From NCBI GenBank assembly GCA_039811685.1, contig JBDHZC010000004.1, positions 256,001 to 320,000 of the forward strand: DNA of 64,000 nucleotides. The letters run 5' to 3'. Every line of letters begins with the position of its first letter. Position 1 is the stretch's first letter. This DNA is from Armatimonadota bacterium (lineage in GTDB: Bacteria > Armatimonadota > UBA5829 > DSUL01). The translations under genes were made by a program, and so were the position numbers. This document shows positions 55,398-64,000 of the stretch, piece by piece. A model generated the notes under the pieces. It made no database searches and was not told where the DNA came from. It saw nothing but the letters and a program-made list of their open reading frames with translations.

Positions 55398-58058
55398 ATG
55401 AATCTCAGGCTCTGGCTCTGCGCCGTTCTTGCAACGGTGGCATTTTCTCTCGGTATTCACGCGCCTTCCACGGCGGCTAACGATCGTCCACTGCTATTTG
55501 GCATGAACCCTACACCGATGGACTGGTGGGGGTATGACAAGTACACCTGGGACCCCATCCTCTTCCAGAAAATGGCGGAAGGGGGGTGTACTGTAGCGCG
55601 TATCGGTGTGAACTGGGACACGATTGAGCCCAGCCCTGGCGTGCGCAACTTCAGTGAAGTGGATCGCTGGGTGAAGCTGTGCCTGGACAACAACATCGAG
55701 CCGCTGATTCTCATCAACAGCACAGCTACCTGGGCGCTGCCTTCTCCACTCGATCCGGCCGTCTCTGTGCCGGAAGCGCGCTATCCTCCGGCGGAAACGA
55801 AGATTGAGGTCTTCAACGGGTGGATTTACGACCTCACCCGGCGCTATCGTGGGCGAGTCCGCTATTATGAGTTCTGGAACGAAGCAAATGGCTATGGCTG
55901 GTACACGGCGCTGCAAAACCCGCCCACTTACAGTCGCGCCGATCTCTACACGCCCTGGATGATCCGGGCGTACAAAGCGCTCAAAAAGGCTGATCCCACC
56001 GCGATGATGTCAACGACCGGCATGGATGACAACGGCGGTGGTGGGGACTACATGCTCCAGCGCATCTACGATTTTGGAGGTCAGGGGTATTTTGACGCAG
56101 TAGCGGATCACCCGTATTCCTATGGCCCGCTGGATTCCTACAAGCTCAGCGACATCAAGAGTGTGCTGAACAGTCACGGTGACACAAACGTCAAAATCTG
56201 GATTACCGAGTACGGCTATCCGATGAATCCCGGTGACTACGCCACCTATCAGTCCTACATCAGCAGCTACTTCAATACACTCACCAGCGACGCGTTCAAC
56301 TACGTCACGATAGCGACCTGGCACACTGCCAACGAGTTCCCGTGGGAGGCTGGCTACGGGCTTATGAACTCCAATCTGACGCCCAAGCCACCCTACAATA
56401 CCTTCAAGAACTATGCGAAGCCAGCGCGCCCGGCTATTTCCAACGTCAGTGTTTCCAATCTAACGCCAACCAGTGTCCGCGCGACCTTCAACACTAACAT
56501 GGCGGCTACGTCGCTGGTCATGTACGGGCTGGATACGAACTATGGCCAGATTACAGGACGCGAGACAACCGCAACAACCTCCCATACTGTGGACATCCTT
56601 GGGCTGAAGCCGTCGACCACATACCACTACCGCATTCGGGCAGGCGCTGTGGAAGACGGGGACAGCTTCTCGACTGATCGCACGTTTATCACCACCTCGG
56701 GCCAGGTTATCAACATTACTTCGGGCCCGGCGGTCATTGATCTTGGACAGAACACAGCTACTGTCTCCTGGACGACGGATGTACCGTCTTCCTCGAGTGT
56801 GCAATATGGGTCGAACTTCAACTATGGCTTACAGGCAAGTGGAAGCCCGGGTACGCAGCACAGCGTTACGCTCACAGGCCTGGATTCAGGAAAAGTCTAT
56901 CAGAGTCGGGTCATCTCAACGGCAACCGGATACGCAGACGCCGTGGCCGAAGCGCCGGGCTTTCGCACGCTGGAAGGTGAGGGACAGCTACAGAACGGTG
57001 GATTTGAGCAGGGAACAGCCGGGTGGAGTTTCTGGGAGGTGTATCCGTGGGGATACGGAGCTCCCGATTGGCCCGGGCATGTTGATATCAAGGGGACATC
57101 TGGCGCGTTTCCTCCCAGCCCTCCAGCCAAAGAAGGTTCAAAGCGTATGACGCTGGACAAAGGCTACGCAAGCGCCGTCGGTGGCCTGTACCAGACTATC
57201 CCTGTAACGAACGGGTGGTATCTGGTGGGCGGATGGGTAGCTTCAGGTACGGACTCGAACGACGAGATCATTGAACTAATTGCTATAGATGGCGCCTATG
57301 CGGGCGGCATCCCGACTGGCACGCTGGTAGCTCATCTAACCACCTCTACAGGTTGGAACTACTATCAGAAGCCAGTGCAGGTGACAACGGGGAAGCTCAC
57401 GGTTTCCCTGCGCATCAGTCAATATTCGGCGACCGGTGCGGTCGCCGGCCATTTTGACGGCCTGTCTGTGACACCGATTGAGACCTCTTCGTTCGGAGAT
57501 TTAAAAGACCAGACTGCCGGACAATTTCTGATGATTGATGCGCCAGTCGTGGTCGCGAGCGTTGTGGACGACAATACACTCTATCTGGAGCAGCCGGATC
57601 GCGCGTCGGGCATCCGTGTCCGCACAGCCTCTGCGCACGGGCGCAGTGTGGGCGATCGTGTGAGCGTTTACGGGACGCTGGCTGTCGAGAATGGCGAGGC
57701 GCTTCTGTCTGCCGCCGGCGTGCTCAGCCAGGCTACCGGCTCCAACGTGGCTCCATTGTCGATCACACCGTCTCATCTGGGCGGTAGTCAGCGCGGATTG
57801 CAGCCTGCGGTTGGGGTTTCCAAGGGACTCAACACCACCGGGTTGCTTGTGCGAACGTGGGGTAAGTTCACGTACGTCAGCTCCACTCGATTCACGATGA
57901 CCGATGGCGACGGCTCTGTTGTCAGTTGTCAGGCGCCGGACGGGTCTTTGGACCCAGGCTGGACGTGGGTGGGCGTGACGGGCGTTAGCTCGGTTGAGGG
58001 AGGTCAGCCTCTCGTCATCATCACGAGTCCGTCAGATATCACATCCCATCTTCCGTAA
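55398..58058 (+). CDS. Secreted clan GH-A glycoside hydrolase (GH39/GH5-like) with two FN3-like domains, CBM-like domain and shared C-terminal domain
   Basis: RIGVNWDTIEP, YYEFWNEAN, DAVADHPY, IWITEYG, PKPPY; FN3 motifs GLKPSTTYHYRI and GLDSGKVY; LQNGGFE. Confidence 0.88.
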   Translation: MNLRLWLCAVLATVAFSLGIHAPSTAANDRPLLFGMNPTPMDWWGYDKYTWDPILFQKMAEGGCTVARIGVNWDTIEPSPGVRNFSEVDRWVKLCLDNNIEPLILINSTATWALPSPLDPAVSVPEARYPPAETKIEVFNGWIYDLTRRYRGRVRYYEFWNEANGYGWYTALQNPPTYSRADLYTPWMIRAYKALKKADPTAMMSTTGMDDNGGGGDYMLQRIYDFGGQGYFDAVADHPYSYGPLDSYKLSDIKSVLNSHGDTNVKIWITEYGYPMNPGDYATYQSYISSYFNTLTSDAFNYVTIATWHTANEFPWEAGYGLMNSNLTPKPPYNTFKNYAKPARPAISNVSVSNLTPTSVRATFNTNMAATSLVMYGLDTNYGQITGRETTATTSHTVDILGLKPSTTYHYRIRAGAVEDGDSFSTDRTFITTSGQVINITSGPAVIDLGQNTATVSWTTDVPSSSSVQYGSNFNYGLQASGSPGTQHSVTLTGLDSGKVYQSRVISTATGYADAVAEAPGFRTLEGEGQLQNGGFEQGTAGWSFWEVYPWGYGAPDWPGHVDIKGTSGAFPPSPPAKEGSKRMTLDKGYASAVGGLYQTIPVTNGWYLVGGWVASGTDSNDEIIELIAIDGAYAGGIPTGTLVAHLTTSTGWNYYQKPVQVTTGKLTVSLRISQYSATGAVAGHFDGLSVTPIETSSFGDLKDQTAGQFLMIDAPVVVASVVDDNTLYLEQPDRASGIRVRTASAHGRSVGDRVSVYGTLAVENGEALLSAAGVLSQATGSNVAPLSITPSHLGGSQRGLQPAVGVSKGLNTTGLLVRTWGKFTYVSSTRFTMTDGDGSVVSCQAPDGSLDPGWTWVGVTGVSSVEGGQPLVIITSPSDITSHLP

Positions 58059-58107
58059 AGGGCGCGTGCATGCGGTAACGGAAGCGAGGCAGGCGGCTGC
58101 AGCATTG

Positions 58108-59181
58108 TCAGTCCGCAGGAACTGCTATCACCGCTCCGCTCATGTAGGCGGTGTTTCTGGCGCCGTCATGAGCGAGCGCATCGCGAAACATCCAGGTGGC
58201 CGCCGGATTCTGATAGTCAACGAGTGATCCTTTAAGGGCGTGGTTGATTTCATAGGCTTGTCCAGTCACCGGACAGACAAATGGGTCACCCAAATACGCG
58301 TACGGCGCCAGGTCCTGCCGCAGATCAGCTTCCGTGCTGAACCTCGGGAGAAGCTGCATGTGGTCGTCGGCGAAGAACCTCACGCTCATAGCCAGTCTGG
58401 ACAGGTGCTTCCGGCACCAAAACTCAGCGTCTATCAGCGTGCCAGCCACAACGATCCGCCCATCCCAGTAGGCTACAGTAGCCTCCGGTAGCTGTGGCGG
58501 ATAATCCCAGATGAACGGATCCGTCAAACTGACCTGCGTCTCGTGGACTTCAGAAAACGCCGGGTTCACGACAAATGGTGTACCCGTCAGCGGGCTTACG
58601 AAAACGCTGTGGCTGTGTAGATAGGGATAGAGAACCTCTGGCAGAGCAGACGGGTTGTCCAGCTTCGGAAGGTAAGAGTTCCAGTCGTCCGTGTACATCT
58701 TCAGCGCCCGGGCCAGCCGCCGGACACGATCCGTGTTAATGTCACGCGGCGAGCGCGTGTCTTTACCTGCCCGTTCCACATGACCGTCAAGAAAGGCAAC
58801 TGTCGCCCGGCGGTTGGTGAGCGGCAGATCAGATACTGCGGGCAGCTTGTCCCAGTCTGTCACAACATCAAACACGGACGCGCCCGCAAGCGCCGGATTG
58901 GGGCGGAAGAACAGGCCAGTTGACTGGCACCAGAAGGTGGATGCTGAATCCACATAGTGTACAAGTGTTGCTTGAAGTTGGGCGGGCGTGGTCGCCGGAG
59001 GAAAGCGCCCGCCCCAGTCGTCAGCGTACAAACTCAATGCGCGCCCGACTTTCTGCGCATTGTCAGCGCACGCTTTACACGCATCCCTCTGTTCATCTAT
59101 TCCCGCATGCACCGATGCAAGCTGGCACAGGGTCATCACCAAGGCTGCCCCTGTCCGCACAAGACTAGTTCGCATTGTCAT
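58108..59181 (-). CDS. Secreted protein with three tandem pilin-head (DUF1559/H-X9-DG-like) repeats
   Basis: Sec-type signal; three copies of A..Y/F.DD....P...L.PY.....F.C/SP.TG..F/Y..N.A...A..DG/SG; extended -10 TGG-TATAGT at 59236-59244. Confidence 0.7.
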   Translation of the reverse strand: MTMRTSLVRTGAALVMTLCQLASVHAGIDEQRDACKACADNAQKVGRALSLYADDWGGRFPPATTPAQLQATLVHYVDSASTFWCQSTGLFFRPNPALAGASVFDVVTDWDKLPAVSDLPLTNRRATVAFLDGHVERAGKDTRSPRDINTDRVRRLARALKMYTDDWNSYLPKLDNPSALPEVLYPYLHSHSVFVSPLTGTPFVVNPAFSEVHETQVSLTDPFIWDYPPQLPEATVAYWDGRIVVAGTLIDAEFWCRKHLSRLAMSVRFFADDHMQLLPRFSTEADLRQDLAPYAYLGDPFVCPVTGQAYEINHALKGSLVDYQNPAATWMFRDALAHDGARNTAYMSGAVIAVPAD

Positions 59182-59274
59182 TTCAGAATCTCCCGGTTGC
59201 AGACGAGGACGGCCACATCTTCCCGCTGTCATTCCACTATACCACATCAGCGGTGGCAGCGGATTCTGGCGCAC

Positions 59275-60336
59275 CTACAGGGGCGGAGGTGGCGGTGGCG
59301 CGTCATCCTTCAGTTCGTCTTTCTTGGGCGCTGAAACGGAAGGCACGCCGCCAGGCTTGATCGTGGCTGACTCTTTGTTCCAGTAGTTCGCCAACCAGTC
59401 CGCAATCGGCTCGTGATCGAAGCTGCACCAGCCCTTCCACGCCTCGCACGCGCCCTGCTGATAGAGGGTGATGCCGATAACGTAAGGATCCAGCTTGAGT
59501 TGAGAGTCGTACCACCTGAGCCAGTCTTCATACTTCGCCGCGCTGCCACGCGCCTGCCAGCCGTCCTTCTCCGCGTTTCCCACATTGTCCACGCCACCCT
59601 CGGTGAGAATCATTGGCATGTCAGCGAGGTCGGCGTACGGGCCGTTGAAATGGCTGTACCACTGCCGGTAGCGCAGCGAGTAGAACTCTTCAACTGACGG
59701 ATCCTTTATGTACTGTATGGTGTAGCCGTGATAGCTCCACGCGCCGCCAACCTTCTTAGCGGCTCTTAGCGCCGGAGCGAACTCCAGAATACGCTCGAGA
59801 CCAGCGTTCTTGCCGGACGGGTTGCCCACAGGGATACAGGCGAGTACAGGTTTGAAGCCAGCCTTTGTACATAGCTCTACAAACTTGATACTGAAGAGGG
59901 TGAACCAGGCCGTTGCTTCGCTCGATTCCCACGTCGGACATTCTCCCACCTCGTTGATGGCTTCGACATAGTCAATGAGCTTCCGATCCTTTTCAGAAAG
60001 CGCTCCGATACTCTTCCACAGCACATTGTCCCAGTGCCACTGAGCGCGTTCGACGGGGTCCTGATCCAGAGTGTAATGGTTGGTATGGTAAACGCGCAGT
60101 ACCACTACGCCGCGCGGGTTGGCCTTTTTGTAGTCCCGGGCAGCGTCGATCATGGCGGACTGGGTGTCCAGAATCTTTAGAACTGGCATTCGGGCGCGCA
60201 CCATCTTTTTTGTGCCAGGGGTATAAGCGCCAATCAGATGCATTCCAAGTTTGCTGGTGAACGGAGAAGGGCTGGCCGCGCAAACGCCAGTAGTTACGGC
60301 GCATCCGAGCGCAACTGCGAGAAGAGTCTTGATCAT
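59275..60336 (-). CDS. Exported uncharacterised clan GH-A-like TIM-barrel protein
   Basis: Signal peptide after GGAGG; EAINE, SYHGY, ILTEGG; Pro-rich tail. Confidence 0.65.
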   Translation of the reverse strand: MIKTLLAVALGCAVTTGVCAASPSPFTSKLGMHLIGAYTPGTKKMVRARMPVLKILDTQSAMIDAARDYKKANPRGVVVLRVYHTNHYTLDQDPVERAQWHWDNVLWKSIGALSEKDRKLIDYVEAINEVGECPTWESSEATAWFTLFSIKFVELCTKAGFKPVLACIPVGNPSGKNAGLERILEFAPALRAAKKVGGAWSYHGYTIQYIKDPSVEEFYSLRYRQWYSHFNGPYADLADMPMILTEGGVDNVGNAEKDGWQARGSAAKYEDWLRWYDSQLKLDPYVIGITLYQQGACEAWKGWCSFDHEPIADWLANYWNKESATIKPGGVPSVSAPKKDELKDDAPPPPPPL

Positions 60337-60436
60337 ATGCTGACCTCCATAGTCCCAGTCAGAGCTACTTTCCTTAAGACGTAAGACATTGCCGGCAGGT
60401 TCTCCTGCTTTGCGTGACCAAGAAGCCTGCAGAGCT

Positions 60437-62452
60437 ATGAAAGACAAAGATTTTCAACCCTCAAATGGTCTTCGTTTTGAAGATGACGCAAGGTTGTCAT
60501 CGATCCTGTTGCCAGTCTCACGGAAGAAGCTGTCGAACAGTGACGCGGCTCATTTGATATTTGAATTCGACGATGAGTCCGTCCTGACTTCTGATGAACT
60601 ACTGTGGGAGCGCCAGGAGGCCAGCGGACCTGCCGGAGCCCGCGTGGACATCTCTGCCGATCCGGCCAGCCATGGAGACGGGGAGTCCGCGCTTTCACTC
60701 TGGTCACTGGAGATTCAAAACAACCGCGCGGCTCGCCTGGACAGTCTCACTGTCAATCTGCTGGCCTTAGCAGACGTGCCTGAGGACTGGTTCTGCACTT
60801 TGCCGTTTGGCGGTGGGTGGGCGGTGCGGCTTGCCGATTTTCCCGACGGCCACCCTGTAAGCCTGCGCTATCCTGTCCAGGGCTGCCTGCAGTGGCTGGA
60901 TCTCTGGGGAGAGGATGAGGGGATTACGCTGCAGGTGCGCGATGGCGCCCCGTGGCTGAAAGACTTTATCGTCCGCCGGGATGGAAACGCGCTTCACATT
61001 TCCGTCCACTACCGCCACCTGGGACTGGAAGAAGGACAGGCTTTGCGCATGCCGCCGATTGCGCTCGGGGCCCACAAAGGCGACTGGCAGCGTGGCGCTG
61101 ATGTGTACGCGAAGTGGCTGCAGAGCGTAGTTCCTGTCCCGGTGCGCGCGCCTGACTGGCTTCAGAGGGCGCCCGGATGGGCATGGGTGTCTGGTAAGGG
61201 TCAGTATAAGCAGACTATCTCTACAACATTCGCGGACCTTCCACAACGGTCGGAGACGTATGCTTCGGCAGGCATGCCCACAATTCAGCTTGCCGCCTGG
61301 TTTGAACACGGGCACGATACGCGCTACCCGGACTATGTCGCGGGCGACAGCCTGGGAGGAGAGGCAGGGTTGAGAGCCGCCTCAGACGCTATTCGCAAAT
61401 CCGGACGTCATCTTGCGCTGTACTCTAACGGCCGCCTGTTTGATCCGCTTTCAGATTGCGCCCAGACGCACAAGGACTGGAAAGACTGGGCGATAGCGGC
61501 GCCCGAAGGCAAGACACTCAAAGAGTCCACAGCGCAGGAGTTTGTTGGGGTGACCACGGACGTTTCGTTGCCAGACTGGGATCCCCACGATCAGATCGCC
61601 AAGGAAATATACGGCCAAGTCACTTTCGCCACGATGTGCCCCTCAGCACCTGGCTGGCAGGAGCTGATCGCGGAGCGTCTCGGCCGCGCTGTGCGCGAGT
61701 ACAACCCGGACGGACTTTACGTTGACCAGGTTCTCGGAGCCGTTGCTGTCCCGTGCTACTCCAGAGGGCACCAGCACCGAAAACCGTACGAATCCTGGAT
61801 GGGGTACCACCGCCTTCTGTCACACCTGCGACAGACAGTGAAGGCGGCCAATCCGGACTGCTATCTTGCGACGGAAGGGTTTTCGGATATTCTCGGTCAG
61901 TATTTTGACCTGGTGCAATCACACAACGACTGGCCCGGTCCATGCCCGGAGGGCGCTTTTGCGTTTCCGGAGATGACCCGGCGCGCGGTTCCGTGGCTTA
62001 TGCAGGCGGCGGGTCCTGTGAGGGAAGATCAGTTTGATATGCTCTGGCTGGCGCACGTCGCTGGCAGTGGTCTGGATGTAGCGTGCTTCAAGATCGCTCC
62101 AGATGGAGAGTTCGCCAGGCAGATTCACACTTTTATGGACTGGAGAGCTCGCTTTGGACCAGACATGTATGCCGGGCGCCCGGTCAATTGCTGGATTGCC
62201 GGTATGCCTGGCCGCCGCGTCGCTGCCACCAGATCGAGCAGAATTGTCATTTGCGTGAGTATTCTGGACGGTAGCGAAGGTGACGCTCGCGTTCTGCTCG
62301 ATTACAATCCGGGACAACTGAAGTGGGAATCCACCCGTGGCGCCGGCTCGGTTGATCCTGAGGCATCCGAAGACCGCTGGCTGGTGCGCATACCTGCCGC
62401 GCCGATGGCGATACTCTGGTCTGATAGCCACCAAAACTCTTCTGGAGACTGA
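60437..62452 (+). CDS. DUF6259-like putative glycoside hydrolase
   Basis: W..G.D.RYPDY, LYSNGR, MCP...WQ, DGLYVDQV, CY...H.H, ATEGFSD. Confidence 0.7.
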   Translation: MKDKDFQPSNGLRFEDDARLSSILLPVSRKKLSNSDAAHLIFEFDDESVLTSDELLWERQEASGPAGARVDISADPASHGDGESALSLWSLEIQNNRAARLDSLTVNLLALADVPEDWFCTLPFGGGWAVRLADFPDGHPVSLRYPVQGCLQWLDLWGEDEGITLQVRDGAPWLKDFIVRRDGNALHISVHYRHLGLEEGQALRMPPIALGAHKGDWQRGADVYAKWLQSVVPVPVRAPDWLQRAPGWAWVSGKGQYKQTISTTFADLPQRSETYASAGMPTIQLAAWFEHGHDTRYPDYVAGDSLGGEAGLRAASDAIRKSGRHLALYSNGRLFDPLSDCAQTHKDWKDWAIAAPEGKTLKESTAQEFVGVTTDVSLPDWDPHDQIAKEIYGQVTFATMCPSAPGWQELIAERLGRAVREYNPDGLYVDQVLGAVAVPCYSRGHQHRKPYESWMGYHRLLSHLRQTVKAANPDCYLATEGFSDILGQYFDLVQSHNDWPGPCPEGAFAFPEMTRRAVPWLMQAAGPVREDQFDMLWLAHVAGSGLDVACFKIAPDGEFARQIHTFMDWRARFGPDMYAGRPVNCWIAGMPGRRVAATRSSRIVICVSILDGSEGDARVLLDYNPGQLKWESTRGAGSVDPEASEDRWLVRIPAAPMAILWSDSHQNSSGD

Positions 62453-62454
62453 AC

Positions 62455-64000
62455 ATGTCCTTTCTTGACGACTTTCGCGATCCGCCGCGCCAGTACGCGC
62501 CCGTGCCTTTCTGGTTCCTCAACGACAGGCTTGAGAAGGAGCGGCTGCAGTGGCAGGTTCGGGAGATGGCGGACAAACGCGTCTTTGGCGCTGTCATGCA
62601 CGCGCGCCCAGGCCTTGTGACGCCCTACCTGACGGATGAATGGTTTGAGCGCATTGGCGACATCCTCGAGGAGGCTCGAAAACAGGGTATGTTCACGTGG
62701 ATTTATGACGAATACCCGTGGATGAGCGGGATGGCAGAGTACCGCGTGCCAAAGATCCACCCTGATTTTCGCATTCGGGCACTGGATCGTCTGGAAAAGA
62801 CGGTTGTGGGTCCGGGAAGCGTCACGTGGGATTTTGGCCCGGATCTCCCGGAAGGTGCGGCGGAGGTTGTGGGAGCGGTTGTGTGCCCGCTGTCTCCGCA
62901 GGCTGCGAATGATTCGGCGAACAACACCTCTCTCCCTGTTCTTGGCGCAGGGCAGGATGTTTCCCACCTGATCGAAAATCGCTGCCTGTCACTAGAGGCG
63001 CCGGACGGGCCGTTTCTCATCAGCGTCTTCTATGAGAGGCTGTCTTACAATCCCTATGGTGACGGGTTCGGTCGAGACGCTGTCAGCGATCTGATGCATC
63101 CCGAAGCCATGCGCTGCTTCATAGATCTGACGCATCGAGAGTACCAGCGCAGGTTCCCGGACTACTTCGGGCCAGTCATTACCGCGTCGTTTCTGGATGA
63201 GCCACCCGCAGACACTCCCGGGTGGTCGCGCCGTTTTCTCGACGAGTTCACCCAGCGCAAGGGTTATGACCTGCGCCCATTTCTTCCGTTGCTGTGGCAT
63301 GACGCCGGGCGCATGAGCGCTCAGGCGCGCCTGGACTACCAGGACGTGTTGGGACAGCTTTACGAGGAGAGCTTCTTCGGGCAGATTGAGCAGTGGTGCG
63401 AAGGCGCAGGAATCGCCTCAAGTGGTCATCTGCTTCTGGAAGAGACCCTCGTGTTCCATGCGCGCTTTATGGGGGATTACTTCCGTTCGATGCGCCGTAT
63501 GCACTATCCGGGCATCGACTACATATTCCCAGGAGACATTCCCGCCGTGACCTGCCGAGTGGCCGCGTCCGTAGCTTCTCTTTACGGACGTGAGCGCGTT
63601 ATGAGCGAATGCTTTGCACTCACAGGCTGGGAGTTCACCTTCGAGCACATGAAGAAAATGACCGACTGGCAGCTTGTCCACGGAGTGAACTGCCTTGTGC
63701 CGCATGCGTTCTTCTACTCCAGCCGGGAGGACGAACCATGGGAGGATATTCCGAGTGATCTGGGCTTCCGATGGTTCGACTGTCCACCGTCGATGTTCTA
63801 TCAACAGCCTTACTGGGACTACTATGGCGTCTATGCGGACTATCTACGCCGTCTGCAGTGGCTGAACAGCCAGGGCGAGCACGTCACGGATATTGCCGTA
63901 TACTATCCAATTGAGACGGTTCAGGCAGATTTTGTGCCGACGAAGGAGTACACAAACGCTCACGCCTTCGAGATTCCCGGCGACTGGATGACTGCCGATT
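62455..64000 (+). CDS. GH106-like (alpha-L-rhamnosidase-like) glycoside hydrolase, runs off the right edge
   Basis: Manual translation: MSFLDDFRDPPRQYAPVPFWFLN...HARPGLVTPYLTDEWF...WIYDEYPWMSG...FLDEP...SGHLLLEE...HGVN...PHAFFYS. Confidence 0.85.
   Translation, partial: MSFLDDFRDPPRQYAPVPFWFLNDRLEKERLQWQVREMADKRVFGAVMHARPGLVTPYLTDEWFERIGDILEEARKQGMFTWIYDEYPWMSGMAEYRVPKIHPDFRIRALDRLEKTVVGPGSVTWDFGPDLPEGAAEVVGAVVCPLSPQAANDSANNTSLPVLGAGQDVSHLIENRCLSLEAPDGPFLISVFYERLSYNPYGDGFGRDAVSDLMHPEAMRCFIDLTHREYQRRFPDYFGPVITASFLDEPPADTPGWSRRFLDEFTQRKGYDLRPFLPLLWHDAGRMSAQARLDYQDVLGQLYEESFFGQIEQWCEGAGIASSGHLLLEETLVFHARFMGDYFRSMRRMHYPGIDYIFPGDIPAVTCRVAASVASLYGRERVMSECFALTGWEFTFEHMKKMTDWQLVHGVNCLVPHAFFYSSREDEPWEDIPSDLGFRWFDCPPSMFYQQPYWDYYGVYADYLRRLQWLNSQGEHVTDIAVYYPIETVQADFVPTKEYTNAHAFEIPGDWMTAD

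Noticed and set aside
1..64000. CRISPR arrays, tRNA/rRNA, IS elements
   Set aside because: No regularly spaced direct repeats, T-loop/cloverleaf signatures or transposase ORFs were seen by eye; a weak ncRNA could have been missed.

Overview
Gene-dense, GC-rich bacterial chromosome segment. It most likely comes from an Armatimonadota-type diderm, inferred from three PEP-CTERM proteins, a prepilin/H-X9-DG protein, a recurring lineage-type C-terminal domain and Terrabacteria-like clpC-radA. Left part: a sigma-54-driven cohesin-like PEP-CTERM gene, an 8-gene MoxR/DUF58/VWA/ABC operon, a LOG protein and sugar catabolism genes. Middle: housekeeping genes (ilvE, clpC, radA, nadC, birA, gpmA), then a RecQ-PRTase fusion paired with a DprA that ends in a beta-clamp-type motif (RqlHI/ShosTA-like). 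Right part: secreted carbohydrate-active proteins (GH13 locus, clan GH-A enzymes, GH10, GH106-like, DUF6259-like). Highlights: (1) four unrelated secreted proteins share the same ~165-210 aa tandem OB-fold-like C-terminal domain, a candidate sorting or surface-anchoring signal; (2) a three-gene surface alpha-glucan locus built from a shared unnamed ~250-270 aa module; (3) a glycoside hydrolase with nested phage-structural-like domains; (4) the RecQ-PRTase/DprA pair. No rRNA, tRNA, CRISPR array or IS element was recognised. All calls come from reading motifs by eye; no database searches were run.
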